NCBI GenBank assembly: GCA_963846705.1
Contig: CAWJWZ010000001.1
Location: 73,922-137,921, forward strand
Direction of reading: 5' to 3'
DNA from: an uncultured bacterium
GTDB taxonomy: Bacteria > Babelota > Babeliae > Babelales > Babelaceae
Length of the DNA stretch: 64,000 bases
Shown: positions 38,950 to 49,091 of the stretch, in pieces
Layout of the letters: the number at the start of each line of letters is the position of its first letter
Numbering within the stretch: the first letter of the stretch is position 1
Position numbers and translations under genes: made by a program
Notes under the pieces: model-generated
Databases searched by the model: none
What the model was told of the DNA's origin: nothing
What the model saw: only the letters and a program-made list of their open reading frames with translations

Positions 38950-39936
38950 ATGAAAAATTTTATTGGCAATATAAAAAATAAATTAGTATTTTTTATTCAA
39001 CTGCAGCTTTTTATCTCTCTTTGTTCATTGCCCATAAGCATAGCATGGGGTTTGCCATTTTCCTCCATGAGTTTTATCGGTAATTTTATTTTTAGTCCCG
39101 TTCTCACATGCTTTCTTTTGCTATCTTTGCTTACATTTTTTACTGAATTACTTTGTATTCCCAACACGTTTTTACTAGTGCTTTTAGAATATACAAGCTC
39201 GCTATGGCTTTGGTGTATGCGTTATGGTTCGTTAACATGGCTCATTAGTATACGTTATAGTGGACCTTTAATAAGTGTACTTATACTAATAATCAGCTTT
39301 GGTTGCTTACACGCACAAAAACTACGTACTCTTACCTATAACAGTTTCGCTCTATGTATTCTTTTATTTGGTATAATAATAGCTAGTACAAGTTTTTTAG
39401 CACGTCCTATTGAAGAGTATATAACAGTTGCCTATGGCCCCAATACTTGTGTCCCCCTTATTATCACCCCCTACGAAACAGTGATTATTGAACATGGAAC
39501 GCTTACAAGAAGCACTTATCAGGCACTTCGTTCATGGATACAGTATACCTTACTGCCCTTACTCGCTCAAAAAGCAGGATGCTCGAACATTACCCATTTA
39601 GTGCTTTTAAAACCATCAAAGGCAGCGTTTACATTAGCCGCTCTTTTAGCCAATAAACAGCTTATAAATCATGTGTATTGTCCGGCTTGGCAAAAAAATT
39701 CTCACTATAAGCACTTGCGCTCTCTTTTAGCACGTAGTACCATTACTCATACAACACTATCTCATAATTTTTGCCTTCCTCTTCAGTCATCAACTACTAT
39801 TCTGACAAGCAGTGCACTTTCATCAAATACACAGAACACTCAACCATCTGTCTATCAAATTCATGGTATTGTGGGCGATCAGCAATTTACTATACAACCT
39901 CGTATACCAACAAAAAGACTAAAACGCGCACACTAG
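38950..39936 (+). CDS. Polytopic membrane protein, possibly a truncated or degenerate ComEC/Rec2-like protein
   Basis: 328 aa. N-terminal 6-7 TM helices resemble the ComEC competence domain (LPISIAWGLPFSSMSFIGNFIFSPVL). C-terminal region faintly MBL-like but lacks the HxHxDH motif. Confidence 0.3.
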   Translation: MKNFIGNIKNKLVFFIQLQLFISLCSLPISIAWGLPFSSMSFIGNFIFSPVLTCFLLLSLLTFFTELLCIPNTFLLVLLEYTSSLWLWCMRYGSLTWLISIRYSGPLISVLILIISFGCLHAQKLRTLTYNSFALCILLFGIIIASTSFLARPIEEYITVAYGPNTCVPLIITPYETVIIEHGTLTRSTYQALRSWIQYTLLPLLAQKAGCSNITHLVLLKPSKAAFTLAALLANKQLINHVYCPAWQKNSHYKHLRSLLARSTITHTTLSHNFCLPLQSSTTILTSSALSSNTQNTQPSVYQIHGIVGDQQFTIQPRIPTKRLKRAH

Positions 39937-40032
39937 TTATATTTTTATTGTATGCTAAGATATTGATTTTCTATTAGAAAATTTAATATAATAAAATTTA
40001 ATATAATTATAATTTTTAAAAGAGGAAATACT

Positions 40033-40473
40033 ATGAAATATATACTAGTATTTTTATGCTTGAGCGCGGGCGGTATTATAAGCGCTGGACAACAAATGCC
40101 AAGAGGTCCGTATCAAAAATCATGCTCAAATTGTAAGGTAGAAAATAACGTTTTAACCTGTCGTTGTAATGACCCACGAGGTGGCTACAAGAGAACATCA
40201 TTAAAACTTCCTGAACCGGTTAAAGATATTAATAACTGTTGGGGTACATTAAAATATGGCGACTGTTGGGAAGGGCTTCCTGATGGCCCGTATCGACAAA
40301 GTTGCTATGATTGTCAATTAGGAGCGGTTCCTGCCTTTGGACAAGACACACTGTGGTGTTATTGTCGTACCAAACAAGGTGCCTATAAATCTGCCTATCT
40401 CTTTAAGGCCTTAAGTAGTCATGATACTATTAATAACTGTAATGGCCAATTACGATTTGGCTCTTGTACATAA
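40033..40473 (+). CDS. Secreted cyanovirin-N homology (CVNH) domain lectin-like protein
   Basis: 146 aa. Signal peptide. Two tandem half-domains align to cyanovirin-N: SCSNCKVENNVLTCRCNDPRGGYKRTSLKLPEPVKDINNCWGTLKY vs TCYNSAIQGSVLTSTCERTNGGYNTSSIDLNSVIENVDGSLKW, and SCYDCQLGA...NNCNGQLRF vs TCRNTQLAG...ANIDGTLKY. Confidence 0.6.
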   Translation: MKYILVFLCLSAGGIISAGQQMPRGPYQKSCSNCKVENNVLTCRCNDPRGGYKRTSLKLPEPVKDINNCWGTLKYGDCWEGLPDGPYRQSCYDCQLGAVPAFGQDTLWCYCRTKQGAYKSAYLFKALSSHDTINNCNGQLRFGSCT

Positions 40474-40484
40474 GTAAAAAAATT

Positions 40485-40522
40485 AAAATGCAGCAGTTAT
40501 ATTATTATAACTGCTGCATTTT
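40485..40522. terminator. Bidirectional rho-independent terminator (perfect 16-bp stem)
   Basis: aaaatgcagcagttat (40485-40500) pairs with ataactgctgcatttt (40507-40522), loop attatt. T-runs follow on both strands. Sits between convergent genes ending at 40473 and 40527. Confidence 0.7.
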
Positions 40523-40526
40523 ACTA

Positions 40527-40832
40527 CTATAACTGCATATTCATGTACGTATATGCTCCTTTTTCACAGGAGTAAAGGTCACATGATCCTTCAGCATATG
40601 TACATCTACATCTATCTGTTTCAAGACTAAAAGGTCCTACTGGTCCCTCTATATATCGCAACCACTGGATATACGGGTCAACTGCAATACGTAATCCTGC
40701 ACGATATGCGTTTAATTCACGGTCTGACATACAGGTAACATCTTTATTACAGCAATTATAGGCTACAAGAGAAGAAAATAATCCTGCCGCTATATTACCC
40801 ATAATGAGCATAATCCCAACATAATACTTCAT
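40527..40832 (-). CDS. Small exported Cys-rich protein (9 Cys)
   Basis: 101 aa. Signal-like N-terminus MLIMGNIAAGLFSSLVAYNCCNKD. Convergent with the CVNH gene and shares its terminator. Confidence 0.45.
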   Translation of the reverse strand: MKYYVGIMLIMGNIAAGLFSSLVAYNCCNKDVTCMSDRELNAYRAGLRIAVDPYIQWLRYIEGPVGPFSLETDRCRCTYAEGSCDLYSCEKGAYTYMNMQL

Positions 40833-40907
40833 ATACCTTTCCCCCCTTATGCTTTAATTTTAATCTATAATAGAATTATAAAAAATACAATAGTATCATC
40901 TTGCCAT

Positions 40908-43900
40908 TTAAATTTGAGAATATTTACATATTTTTTCAAAAATCTGATGAAGTTCTATTATCTTTTGTTGGTAAGGTATTTGATATACCAGTGCTATTAT
41001 AATCCTTTGCAAATAAGAGTCTACACTCTCAATAGCTTCTTTTAATTCAGAGCAGGTATATTCACCGGTCTTACTAATGCCACCATTTTTAATTACTTTA
41101 GTAATACACATTACTGCTTCTCGGCAAAGAGTTACGATTTCTTCAGAGTATACTCCTGCATTTACTTTGCACAATCCTTCTTCTACTGCCAAACGTGCTT
41201 TAAGGCAAAGCGCGGGCATATTCTCCTTCAGTTGTTCAAGGCCATCAAAACGAGTACGAGCCATCTCATACGTATCTTTACTTTTTCCTTTATACGCACA
41301 ATTATAAAACCAGCGAGCTATAAGATGCCATTTACGCTGTTTAAAAACAGTACTATTATCGAGACTAATAAGTGTCTCGATAATACTCAGCCTTTTTGCT
41401 TCATCTACAAGCATTGATTCTCCATCTTGATCATTACTATGCTCAACAAACTTGATTAATTGTTGAAAATAATTAAGCGCTTGATCAGGCGATTGGTGAA
41501 CACCTAATCCTTCGGCATACATCTTTATTAAATACAGCAATGCCATCTTTGCATCTTTATCTACTGCTTCCTGAAAGTACCCGTATGCTTCTTTATATCT
41601 ATTTTGATCATACAGTAATACACCAAGACCAAATGCTACCTCAGGCAAATGTGCACTATAAGCTTTTTTCAAAAAATGGAAAGCTTTATTTGTAGATTTT
41701 TGTAGTCCATTACCCCCTCTTGCATACCAGCATCCTAATACACGGCATGCATCTGGCTCATTTTGCTCGGCAGCCTGAATAATATAAGCTAACGCCTGCT
41801 TGAAATTAGGAGAAATAACATCAGCATGCCCATTATAATATAACATTCCTACTATAGATTGAGCCTCAGAATCACCTTGATTCGCTAATTGTTTTAAAAG
41901 CTGAAATCCATAAAGAATACCTTCTTTACCAGTATGCTCTGTCCCTTTTTCTTTCAGATATAAGTCTGCAAGTTCTCTCTGAGCAAGCTTATAATTACGT
42001 GCTACAAGCTCCTTATATATATTTTCTGCTTGATTATATTGATGGTTGTCTTTGTAGATACCTGCTAGATTATACTCTGTTGATAATACATATGGTAAAG
42101 CTTCTTTATATCCCTGTTTTGCTGCCTTTTTAAAACACTGTATCGCTTTTTGAAAACTAGTAATTTGGTCAAATGGATTACCTATTACCATAGATCCAGC
42201 CTGAGCACGCTTTAATAACGATACACCTAAAATATAGAGTAACTCTGGATCGCTCTCTTCTTTATCAGCATGTTCTAGAAATGCAGGATAACAGTCTGAT
42301 ACCATAACTAAATTGGTTATTTCAGGATTACTACTAACGTTCTCACTACTAAATTCTGCCTGCTTAAAGAATTTTTTTGCCTCTTGAAGTGCTTTAGCAG
42401 TACCTAATTTACAAAAATGGGCTGCCAAATAATACGAAGACATACTATGCCCTGCTTGGGCTAATTTTCGCAAACCTTGTATAGCTATAGTAGTATCGGT
42501 TATTTCTACACCAATTTCTTTCATAACAGCACAAGCTTTAGCAAAGCAACTATGTGCTATTTCAGCAGAGTACGCAACTCCTTTGCCGGTAAGGTACAGA
42601 GTACCTAAAAAACACAATGCTAGAACATGTTCTTTATTAATTGCTTGAGTAAAATACGAAAGTGCATCTTCATATCGCTGATAATGATAAGCAATTTTAC
42701 CAAGTTTATAGAGTGTTTCACCATCTCCGTTTTGCACGTTATCTTTATAATGCTGTTGAGCTTCCTCAAGAGAATTAAAACATATTTCATCACCTATTTC
42801 TTGTAAAAATTTTATTGCTTCAGTATCTTCTTGAGCTGCCGCTTTACGTAAATATTCAAGAGCTTTAGAACGATTTTGAGCAATAGTACCTCCACATACT
42901 AATGGTACTTGTTCTCCATGCCAATACGCATTTCCCAATACTGATTGCGCTGTAATATCATTATTATCTGCCGCTTGTGTAAGCAATGCTAAAGCTTTTT
43001 CTACCGCATCTTGACCATGCAATTCTTCACAACCTTTCAAATAAAGTAATCCAAGCACGCAACACGCCTGAGGATGATTCTTATTATAATATAATGCATT
43101 ATGTGCATACTTATGTGCTTGGGTCATATCTTGCTGTTGAAAAAAATAATAATACGCTAAACCTGCTGCTAGCTCACTCTGATCATTTTTTTTAAGTTCT
43201 TGACCTAACTTTTCAGCTTTTTTAAAATAGTCAAAACCTTTTTGTAATTCCACGACGTTACTGGCTGTAATGATATTTTTACCGGAAGTAGAACGATATG
43301 TATGCAGACAACCTAATAGATAACAAGCTCGAACATGTCTATTACGTGCTAATTGTTCAGCAATAGCATATGCTCCTGAAGAATATACTAAATCTTTTAC
43401 ACTATCTTTATTAGATACGTTCTCTTGAAATAGTTTTTCAGCATGTTCAAAGTAATCAAGTGCCATATCTATTTCACTATTTTGAGCAAGTATGCAAACA
43501 ACTTTATAACAAGCAGGTAAATATTGTAATTCACTCAATTGTTTAAGTCCTTCAAGCGCAAGAGTATAAGCGCGTTCATTAGCCGTTTCAAGTTTACACT
43601 GTTTTTGCGAACATGCTTTAACAAAATAAGAGAACGCTTTTTCAAAAACCTCCTCGTTGTGTTCTTGTGCTAAATAATGCATACCAAGATAAATCGAAGC
43701 ATACGTGTTGCCTTGGTGTGATGCTTGAAGAATACAGTCAAGCGCTTTCTGTGTATCAGGCTCTATAATTCCCCTAATACCTTTTTCTAAAGCTAATGCT
43801 AGACAATAGAGCGCATAACCGTTACCCTCTTGAGCCTGTCGCTCAAGCGAGTATATAGAGTTGCGAAAAAGCAAAAGCTCTGCAGTATCGCCATGTATAG

Positions 43901-46460
43901 TATTTATTTTTTTAGCTTCTTCTAAAAGACGGCTTTCTATATCAAGCACGGTGATAAAGTTTTCAGCATCAATCTTTTGACTAGCACTATGCATAAGCAA
44001 ACATAATGCTCTGAATGTATATGGTCCATTTTCCTGTATTGCTTTGTCAATATATTTTTGAGCATGATTAAGACGCTCATGTACTGTCTTATAGCTACTA
44101 TACAGATATATTGCTTTTCCTAAATAATAATTAAGTTCAGAATCACCAGTAGTTGCAGCAAGATTTTCACTAAAAGCATATACAGCCGTGGTAGTATACA
44201 TGTGCCATACATCAGAGCTTGATATTAGTTTTAATAGCGTACAACATAGTGCTATTTGTTGTTTAGGTTCTAGCTGCTGTATAAACTGTTTAGAGCATAC
44301 TTTAAGTAGTTGTTCTGGGTTAATACGCATAAACAGTGCTAATACTTCACTATTATTAATATAGTCAGGATAGCTTTTAAAAAAACTAAAAATATGTGTA
44401 CTTAAACATATTTTTAGTAATGCTTGTTCTGCTGTAGAAACTCCCTGTAAAGCTGCGTGCACAAGACATTTATAAGCGCGGGCATATAAGTTTACCTGCT
44501 CTTTCATGTATATTTCAGCAAGTATCAGTAAAATCTCAGGATGCGTTGTATATGCACGCTGCTCAAAATTCTCAAAAATGTTCGATAACCGCTCAAAGTT
44601 TTCCTGCATACTCTTGGTTGCTTGTTCTAACGCTGTTTTTATATGGGAAAGTGACATATCTGTACTATCAAACATATAGAAATCTAAAAGATCATACGCG
44701 GCTTGTACGTGGCCACACTCAACTGCTTTATTTAGATAGAACGGCGCTTTCTCATCTCGTAATGCAAGATCTTTTTCATTGCGGTAAATACATACCCCAA
44801 CGATATAATTAAGTTCAGAATTATTAGATATCTGTGCAAGCTCTTCTAATAATTGCACTACGCGCTCATTACATAGTTGACGCCAAAGGTTAGAGCTCAA
44901 CTTTTGTTTGAGCGGCTGCATAACTGTTAAGACTTTAGTATAATTTTTACTTTCTTTGGCTTGATACGCATAATACTTAATCATCCAAGCGATTGCTTTA
45001 ACATATCCATCTTCAGCAAGCGTTGCAATGCCATCTAACGCCTGATCATACTCAGCAGATGTATCCTTTAAGAAGTTACGGTAATAATAAAATGCGTTTT
45101 CATAGTCTTTTTTATAGTAAAATAATTTGCCAAGCCATATATTTGCCTCATTACACTGCTTAACTGCTTTATTTAAAGCAACTTGTGCTTTTTTTTCAGA
45201 CGACATATTCCACTTATTGCTCAATGCCACATACCACATTTTACCTACAGCTAAAGCAGCTACAGTATCATTATCTTGGTCCATTGCTCTGTGTAATATA
45301 ACAGGTATTTGAGCATCTTTAAGTTGATCAAACAGTTCTTTAGAGGGATTATCTATAAATAACTGTACTGCCAACTTTGCCCATTGCTGTGCTGCATTGT
45401 ATGATCTATCAATAGCGTATAAACCAGTATAAAAAAGCTGTGCTAAAAAACAGCGTGCTGAAATATTTTTATAAGTAAGTGCTAAAGATATAATTTTCTG
45501 AAGTGCCGTATTTTGAAGTACACAATCATAAGAATATACCCATGGATCCTTTACTAACTGAGAAAAACAAGCAAATGCTCTGTCTAAACTCTGTGCATTC
45601 GTAGGATGCTGAAAGCATGCCATTCCATTATTTAAAAGAGCTTGGCGTTCCGACCACGCTGCCGCTTGTTTTATGTACTCAATATATGCATTCTCTGTAG
45701 CATCGCCATCTTCAAGAGTATAATCGGTATGAGCAACTTTTTTATAATACGTATATGCTTTAGCATAGTCACCCTGTATATAATAGAGCTGACCAAGAGC
45801 ATATAGCGCTTCAGGATCTCCACTTAAAGCAGCTAAAGTATATAATTGTTGAGCGCACTTTCTATTTTGTTCTGTTCCTATACCATCATGGCAAAGTTTA
45901 GCAAGAAGCTTTAATGCAGATAAATGGTAATAATCTTGGGTATATTCTTGATTCTTTCTATAAAAAGATAAACGATGCGGACCCACTGCATGATATGCAT
46001 AAAAATAGACTTGTTCTGGAAAGGATGCAGCATAGTTTTCTTGTTGAAACAATCTTAAAGCATACAAATAGTATGCTTCTGGGCTAACGTTAGGATGATA
46101 GAGCGCAGCTGATAAAATAGCGTCAGCATTTGCATGCTGTTGCTGTGCATACCATTTACTCAGCATAATTTGTGCTAGATGATTACGCGGTACCGCTTGT
46201 TCTAATAATGTTTGTCCCTGTAGTACTGTTTCGGGTCTGGAAAGCAAATAAGCAGCTCTAAAGCACAAATGTCGATCTTCAGAAGAATAAAATAATTGGT
46301 TAAATAAGCGCGTTGAAAAGCATGGCTTTGTTATATGTGTTCTAGGCGTTTTATTATCTAAGTGCATACTTATTATTGGTACAATGGCTATACCATGCAC
46401 TATAAAATACATACAACTAATAATACACTTTTGCATTATACTGCTTTCTTTAAGTACCAA
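40908..46460 (-). CDS. Giant Sel1/TPR-like repeat protein (1850 aa)
   Basis: Dozens of Sel1-type units (A...LG..Y..G.GV..D...A..W(F/Y).KAA..G...A). Hydrophobic N-terminal segment. Lies directly downstream of glk-pgi on the same strand. Confidence 0.8.
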   Translation of the reverse strand: MVLKESSIMQKCIISCMYFIVHGIAIVPIISMHLDNKTPRTHITKPCFSTRLFNQLFYSSEDRHLCFRAAYLLSRPETVLQGQTLLEQAVPRNHLAQIMLSKWYAQQQHANADAILSAALYHPNVSPEAYYLYALRLFQQENYAASFPEQVYFYAYHAVGPHRLSFYRKNQEYTQDYYHLSALKLLAKLCHDGIGTEQNRKCAQQLYTLAALSGDPEALYALGQLYYIQGDYAKAYTYYKKVAHTDYTLEDGDATENAYIEYIKQAAAWSERQALLNNGMACFQHPTNAQSLDRAFACFSQLVKDPWVYSYDCVLQNTALQKIISLALTYKNISARCFLAQLFYTGLYAIDRSYNAAQQWAKLAVQLFIDNPSKELFDQLKDAQIPVILHRAMDQDNDTVAALAVGKMWYVALSNKWNMSSEKKAQVALNKAVKQCNEANIWLGKLFYYKKDYENAFYYYRNFLKDTSAEYDQALDGIATLAEDGYVKAIAWMIKYYAYQAKESKNYTKVLTVMQPLKQKLSSNLWRQLCNERVVQLLEELAQISNNSELNYIVGVCIYRNEKDLALRDEKAPFYLNKAVECGHVQAAYDLLDFYMFDSTDMSLSHIKTALEQATKSMQENFERLSNIFENFEQRAYTTHPEILLILAEIYMKEQVNLYARAYKCLVHAALQGVSTAEQALLKICLSTHIFSFFKSYPDYINNSEVLALFMRINPEQLLKVCSKQFIQQLEPKQQIALCCTLLKLISSSDVWHMYTTTAVYAFSENLAATTGDSELNYYLGKAIYLYSSYKTVHERLNHAQKYIDKAIQENGPYTFRALCLLMHSASQKIDAENFITVLDIESRLLEEAKKINTIHGDTAELLLFRNSIYSLERQAQEGNGYALYCLALALEKGIRGIIEPDTQKALDCILQASHQGNTYASIYLGMHYLAQEHNEEVFEKAFSYFVKACSQKQCKLETANERAYTLALEGLKQLSELQYLPACYKVVCILAQNSEIDMALDYFEHAEKLFQENVSNKDSVKDLVYSSGAYAIAEQLARNRHVRACYLLGCLHTYRSTSGKNIITASNVVELQKGFDYFKKAEKLGQELKKNDQSELAAGLAYYYFFQQQDMTQAHKYAHNALYYNKNHPQACCVLGLLYLKGCEELHGQDAVEKALALLTQAADNNDITAQSVLGNAYWHGEQVPLVCGGTIAQNRSKALEYLRKAAAQEDTEAIKFLQEIGDEICFNSLEEAQQHYKDNVQNGDGETLYKLGKIAYHYQRYEDALSYFTQAINKEHVLALCFLGTLYLTGKGVAYSAEIAHSCFAKACAVMKEIGVEITDTTIAIQGLRKLAQAGHSMSSYYLAAHFCKLGTAKALQEAKKFFKQAEFSSENVSSNPEITNLVMVSDCYPAFLEHADKEESDPELLYILGVSLLKRAQAGSMVIGNPFDQITSFQKAIQCFKKAAKQGYKEALPYVLSTEYNLAGIYKDNHQYNQAENIYKELVARNYKLAQRELADLYLKEKGTEHTGKEGILYGFQLLKQLANQGDSEAQSIVGMLYYNGHADVISPNFKQALAYIIQAAEQNEPDACRVLGCWYARGGNGLQKSTNKAFHFLKKAYSAHLPEVAFGLGVLLYDQNRYKEAYGYFQEAVDKDAKMALLYLIKMYAEGLGVHQSPDQALNYFQQLIKFVEHSNDQDGESMLVDEAKRLSIIETLISLDNSTVFKQRKWHLIARWFYNCAYKGKSKDTYEMARTRFDGLEQLKENMPALCLKARLAVEEGLCKVNAGVYSEEIVTLCREAVMCITKVIKNGGISKTGEYTCSELKEAIESVDSYLQRIIIALVYQIPYQQKIIELHQIFEKICKYSQI

Positions 46461-46647
46461 TTAAAATATATTACTGCAGTTAATAATACTGTACGGCTTA
46501 ATAGGCATCAAGACTAGAAATAGAAATTAGTAGATATATATTTTTTATTATTGTAACGATGCAGGTCTTCTTGCTTACTACTTTTATATAATGCTGGTAT
46601 TCATTTACGTCATGTCAAATCACCAGTTATACCCAATAAATAACACC

Positions 46648-47967
46648 CTAATTTTCACTTTCTAAAATAGCTCGTGTAGCCTGCTTATACCGCTCTACAT
46701 TTGGCTGATCAAAAGGATTAATAGCCCACAAAGCAGCTAAATATATAATTTCTAGCATTTTAAATTGCATAAATTCACCTAAAATATATTCACTTATATC
46801 AGGTAAAGTTATTACGGCAAAAGGTCGCTGATCCTGTACATATGCTGCACAAGTACCTTGAAACGTAGCAGATATAATATGATGTAACGAGTGTCCCTGC
46901 ACGAGAGAACCAACTGGTGTAAGCGGCCCTTCAGGAACTGTTATAAATGCACGTGGCTTTTCTACATATACAAATGTAGTAGCTTTATCACGTGGGCCAC
47001 CTAGATAAAGCTGTGCAACTGAGTGTAAATCGGTAGTGCCAATAGATACCGTGGGTGTAATCCCTATTTCAATAAGTTTCTGAGTACAGGTATATTGTTT
47101 ACCAATACTCTCACCTATAAGCTGACGATACCACTTGCCAAGATTTTCTAATACTGGCGAAAATAAAAACATGTCATGGATAGTTTTGCCTGCTTGATAC
47201 CAAGAATACAGCAAAAGAGCACTTAACGCTGCAGGGTTTTGGTCAATAGTAGTGTTAAGACACCGTAAAAGCATATGTTGCGCACCTGTTCGCATTGCTG
47301 CTATATCGCCTCCTAAAAGCCCTAATGGTAATAATCCCATAGCAGTTAGTACTGAAAATCTTCCGCCGACTAATGGTGGAATTTCAAGTATAGTCCATCG
47401 TAATTGTTGAGCACGCATATATAATGGCGAGTTTTTATCGGTAAGAGCAATAATATAGTCATGTGCGTCAGTATAATACGTATAAAGAAGATCAATAAAA
47501 AGTGCTCCACTTGCTACTGTTTCTATAGTTGTTCCCGATTTAGTTGCTATAATTATTAATACTTTTTGCTGATTATTTAAAGCATTTTGTACTTTAGTAA
47601 GCACTGTTTGTACGGTATGCGCATCTACCGTATCAACGCAATATATTTGCCTCCCTGTTGGTTGATTAAAATAATACACACCAAAAAGAGCTTGTATAAG
47701 TGCTTGAGCTCCTAAGCTGGACCCGCCTATACCAACAAGCACAATTATAGCTGGATTTAATACCAACTTTTCTGCTATTACTTGTTTAATTTCATGTAAT
47801 GAATTAGTATCAGCAGGAACATTAACTGATGCGTACTCTGTTGCATAGCCTGTTTCAAGCATATGACGTACACGGTCTATTTCGCCCCGTACACATAATG
47901 CTAGTTCCTGTAGCTTATCATGAGCGATAAGTGCAGTTTTTTCATAACTAAAATCTATATGTTTCAT
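46648..47967 (-). CDS. pgi: Glucose-6-phosphate isomerase (short ~440-aa type)
   Basis: 439 aa. SIS motif IVLVGIGGSSLGAQAL. Overlaps the glk stop by 4 nt. Confidence 0.85.
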   Translation of the reverse strand: MKHIDFSYEKTALIAHDKLQELALCVRGEIDRVRHMLETGYATEYASVNVPADTNSLHEIKQVIAEKLVLNPAIIVLVGIGGSSLGAQALIQALFGVYYFNQPTGRQIYCVDTVDAHTVQTVLTKVQNALNNQQKVLIIIATKSGTTIETVASGALFIDLLYTYYTDAHDYIIALTDKNSPLYMRAQQLRWTILEIPPLVGGRFSVLTAMGLLPLGLLGGDIAAMRTGAQHMLLRCLNTTIDQNPAALSALLLYSWYQAGKTIHDMFLFSPVLENLGKWYRQLIGESIGKQYTCTQKLIEIGITPTVSIGTTDLHSVAQLYLGGPRDKATTFVYVEKPRAFITVPEGPLTPVGSLVQGHSLHHIISATFQGTCAAYVQDQRPFAVITLPDISEYILGEFMQFKMLEIIYLAALWAINPFDQPNVERYKQATRAILESEN

Positions 47968-49046
47968 AACACTATCCTTTGTTGCTGCAGTTGTAACAGT
48001 ATATACTGTGCAGCACCATATAAGCTTACGTTATAGTCAGCAATAACATAAATAGGTATTTTAGTAAGCATTTCTCTATGCTTGTTACATTTAAGAAACT
48101 CTTCTCTAAATAAAGGATGAAAAAACATGTTTACATTACGAGCAGCTATACCTCCTGCTATATATAAACCATTAAGGGCAAGCGTATCTAAAACAAAGTT
48201 TTTACCACATCGCGCATAAAAAGTAAGATACAGTAAAAAGGTGTCCTTACAGCGCTCATCCTGTTGTGCATAATAGGAAATCTTATCAGGAGCAAAATTA
48301 AATTCTGCAATATGTTGTGTTATAGGAGTTATTGGGTATTTTTTTTCATGATATACCCCTAAAAATGTATAAATGCGTTGAATCCCTTTGCCTGAAAGAA
48401 TATCTTCCCATGAAATACGTGCTACTCGCTTTTCAGTTTTTTGTATAAATTGACCTAATGCGAATTCTTGTTCAGTTTGAAAGGCACAATCAGCATGTCC
48501 TCCCTCAGATGCTATAGTTATATAGCGTTGTAAATGACGATCCCAGACCATAATAGATTTACCAAGCCCTGTACCTGCACCAATACATGCTTGATGCGCA
48601 AGCTCATAACGAGTACCATGGTTAATTACCACAATATCTTCAGGCGCTAGCTTATCAATACCTAAACTTACCGCTTCAAAATCGTTAATTAAAAATAACG
48701 TCTCTATATTTGTACGCTGCTTAATTTCATGAGCATCAATAGTAAAAGATAAATTAGTAGGTCGTGAATAAGCACCTTGATTATATACAATGCCCGCTGA
48801 ACCAATACAAGCATATTTAATAGATATATTATAGAGAGATTTAATATACGTTAAAACATCATCTACTACTCCAGGAAAATCAGTAATTTCCTGACTTTTA
48901 AAATGCAATGACACTAAAAGACGCAGCTGTGTAGCAGTAAGATCAAAAATACCGAAATTACTGTTAGTCCCTCCAATATCTCCTACAAGCACTACTAAAC
49001 CTGAATATGAAAATGGTACGTACTGTACTTTCTTAAACGTAAGCAT
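47964..49046 (-). CDS. glk: Glucokinase (Glk family)
   Basis: 360 aa. N-terminal LVVLVGDIGGTNSNFGI matches the Glk ATP-binding motif (E. coli LVGDVGGTNARFA). Confidence 0.8.
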   Translation of the reverse strand: MLTFKKVQYVPFSYSGLVVLVGDIGGTNSNFGIFDLTATQLRLLVSLHFKSQEITDFPGVVDDVLTYIKSLYNISIKYACIGSAGIVYNQGAYSRPTNLSFTIDAHEIKQRTNIETLFLINDFEAVSLGIDKLAPEDIVVINHGTRYELAHQACIGAGTGLGKSIMVWDRHLQRYITIASEGGHADCAFQTEQEFALGQFIQKTEKRVARISWEDILSGKGIQRIYTFLGVYHEKKYPITPITQHIAEFNFAPDKISYYAQQDERCKDTFLLYLTFYARCGKNFVLDTLALNGLYIAGGIAARNVNMFFHPLFREEFLKCNKHREMLTKIPIYVIADYNVSLYGAAQYILLQLQQQRIVL

Positions 49047-49091
49047 ATCAGAGCACTAACTAAGAATATTTTTATTGGAGTATACTATTTC

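Noticed and set aside
41077-45312. Several 60-90-aa plus-strand ORFs inside the Sel1 giant gene. Similar short antisense ORFs occur in nrdA, hppA, tkt and corC.
   Set aside because: Antisense to long, well-supported CDSs. No independent evidence.
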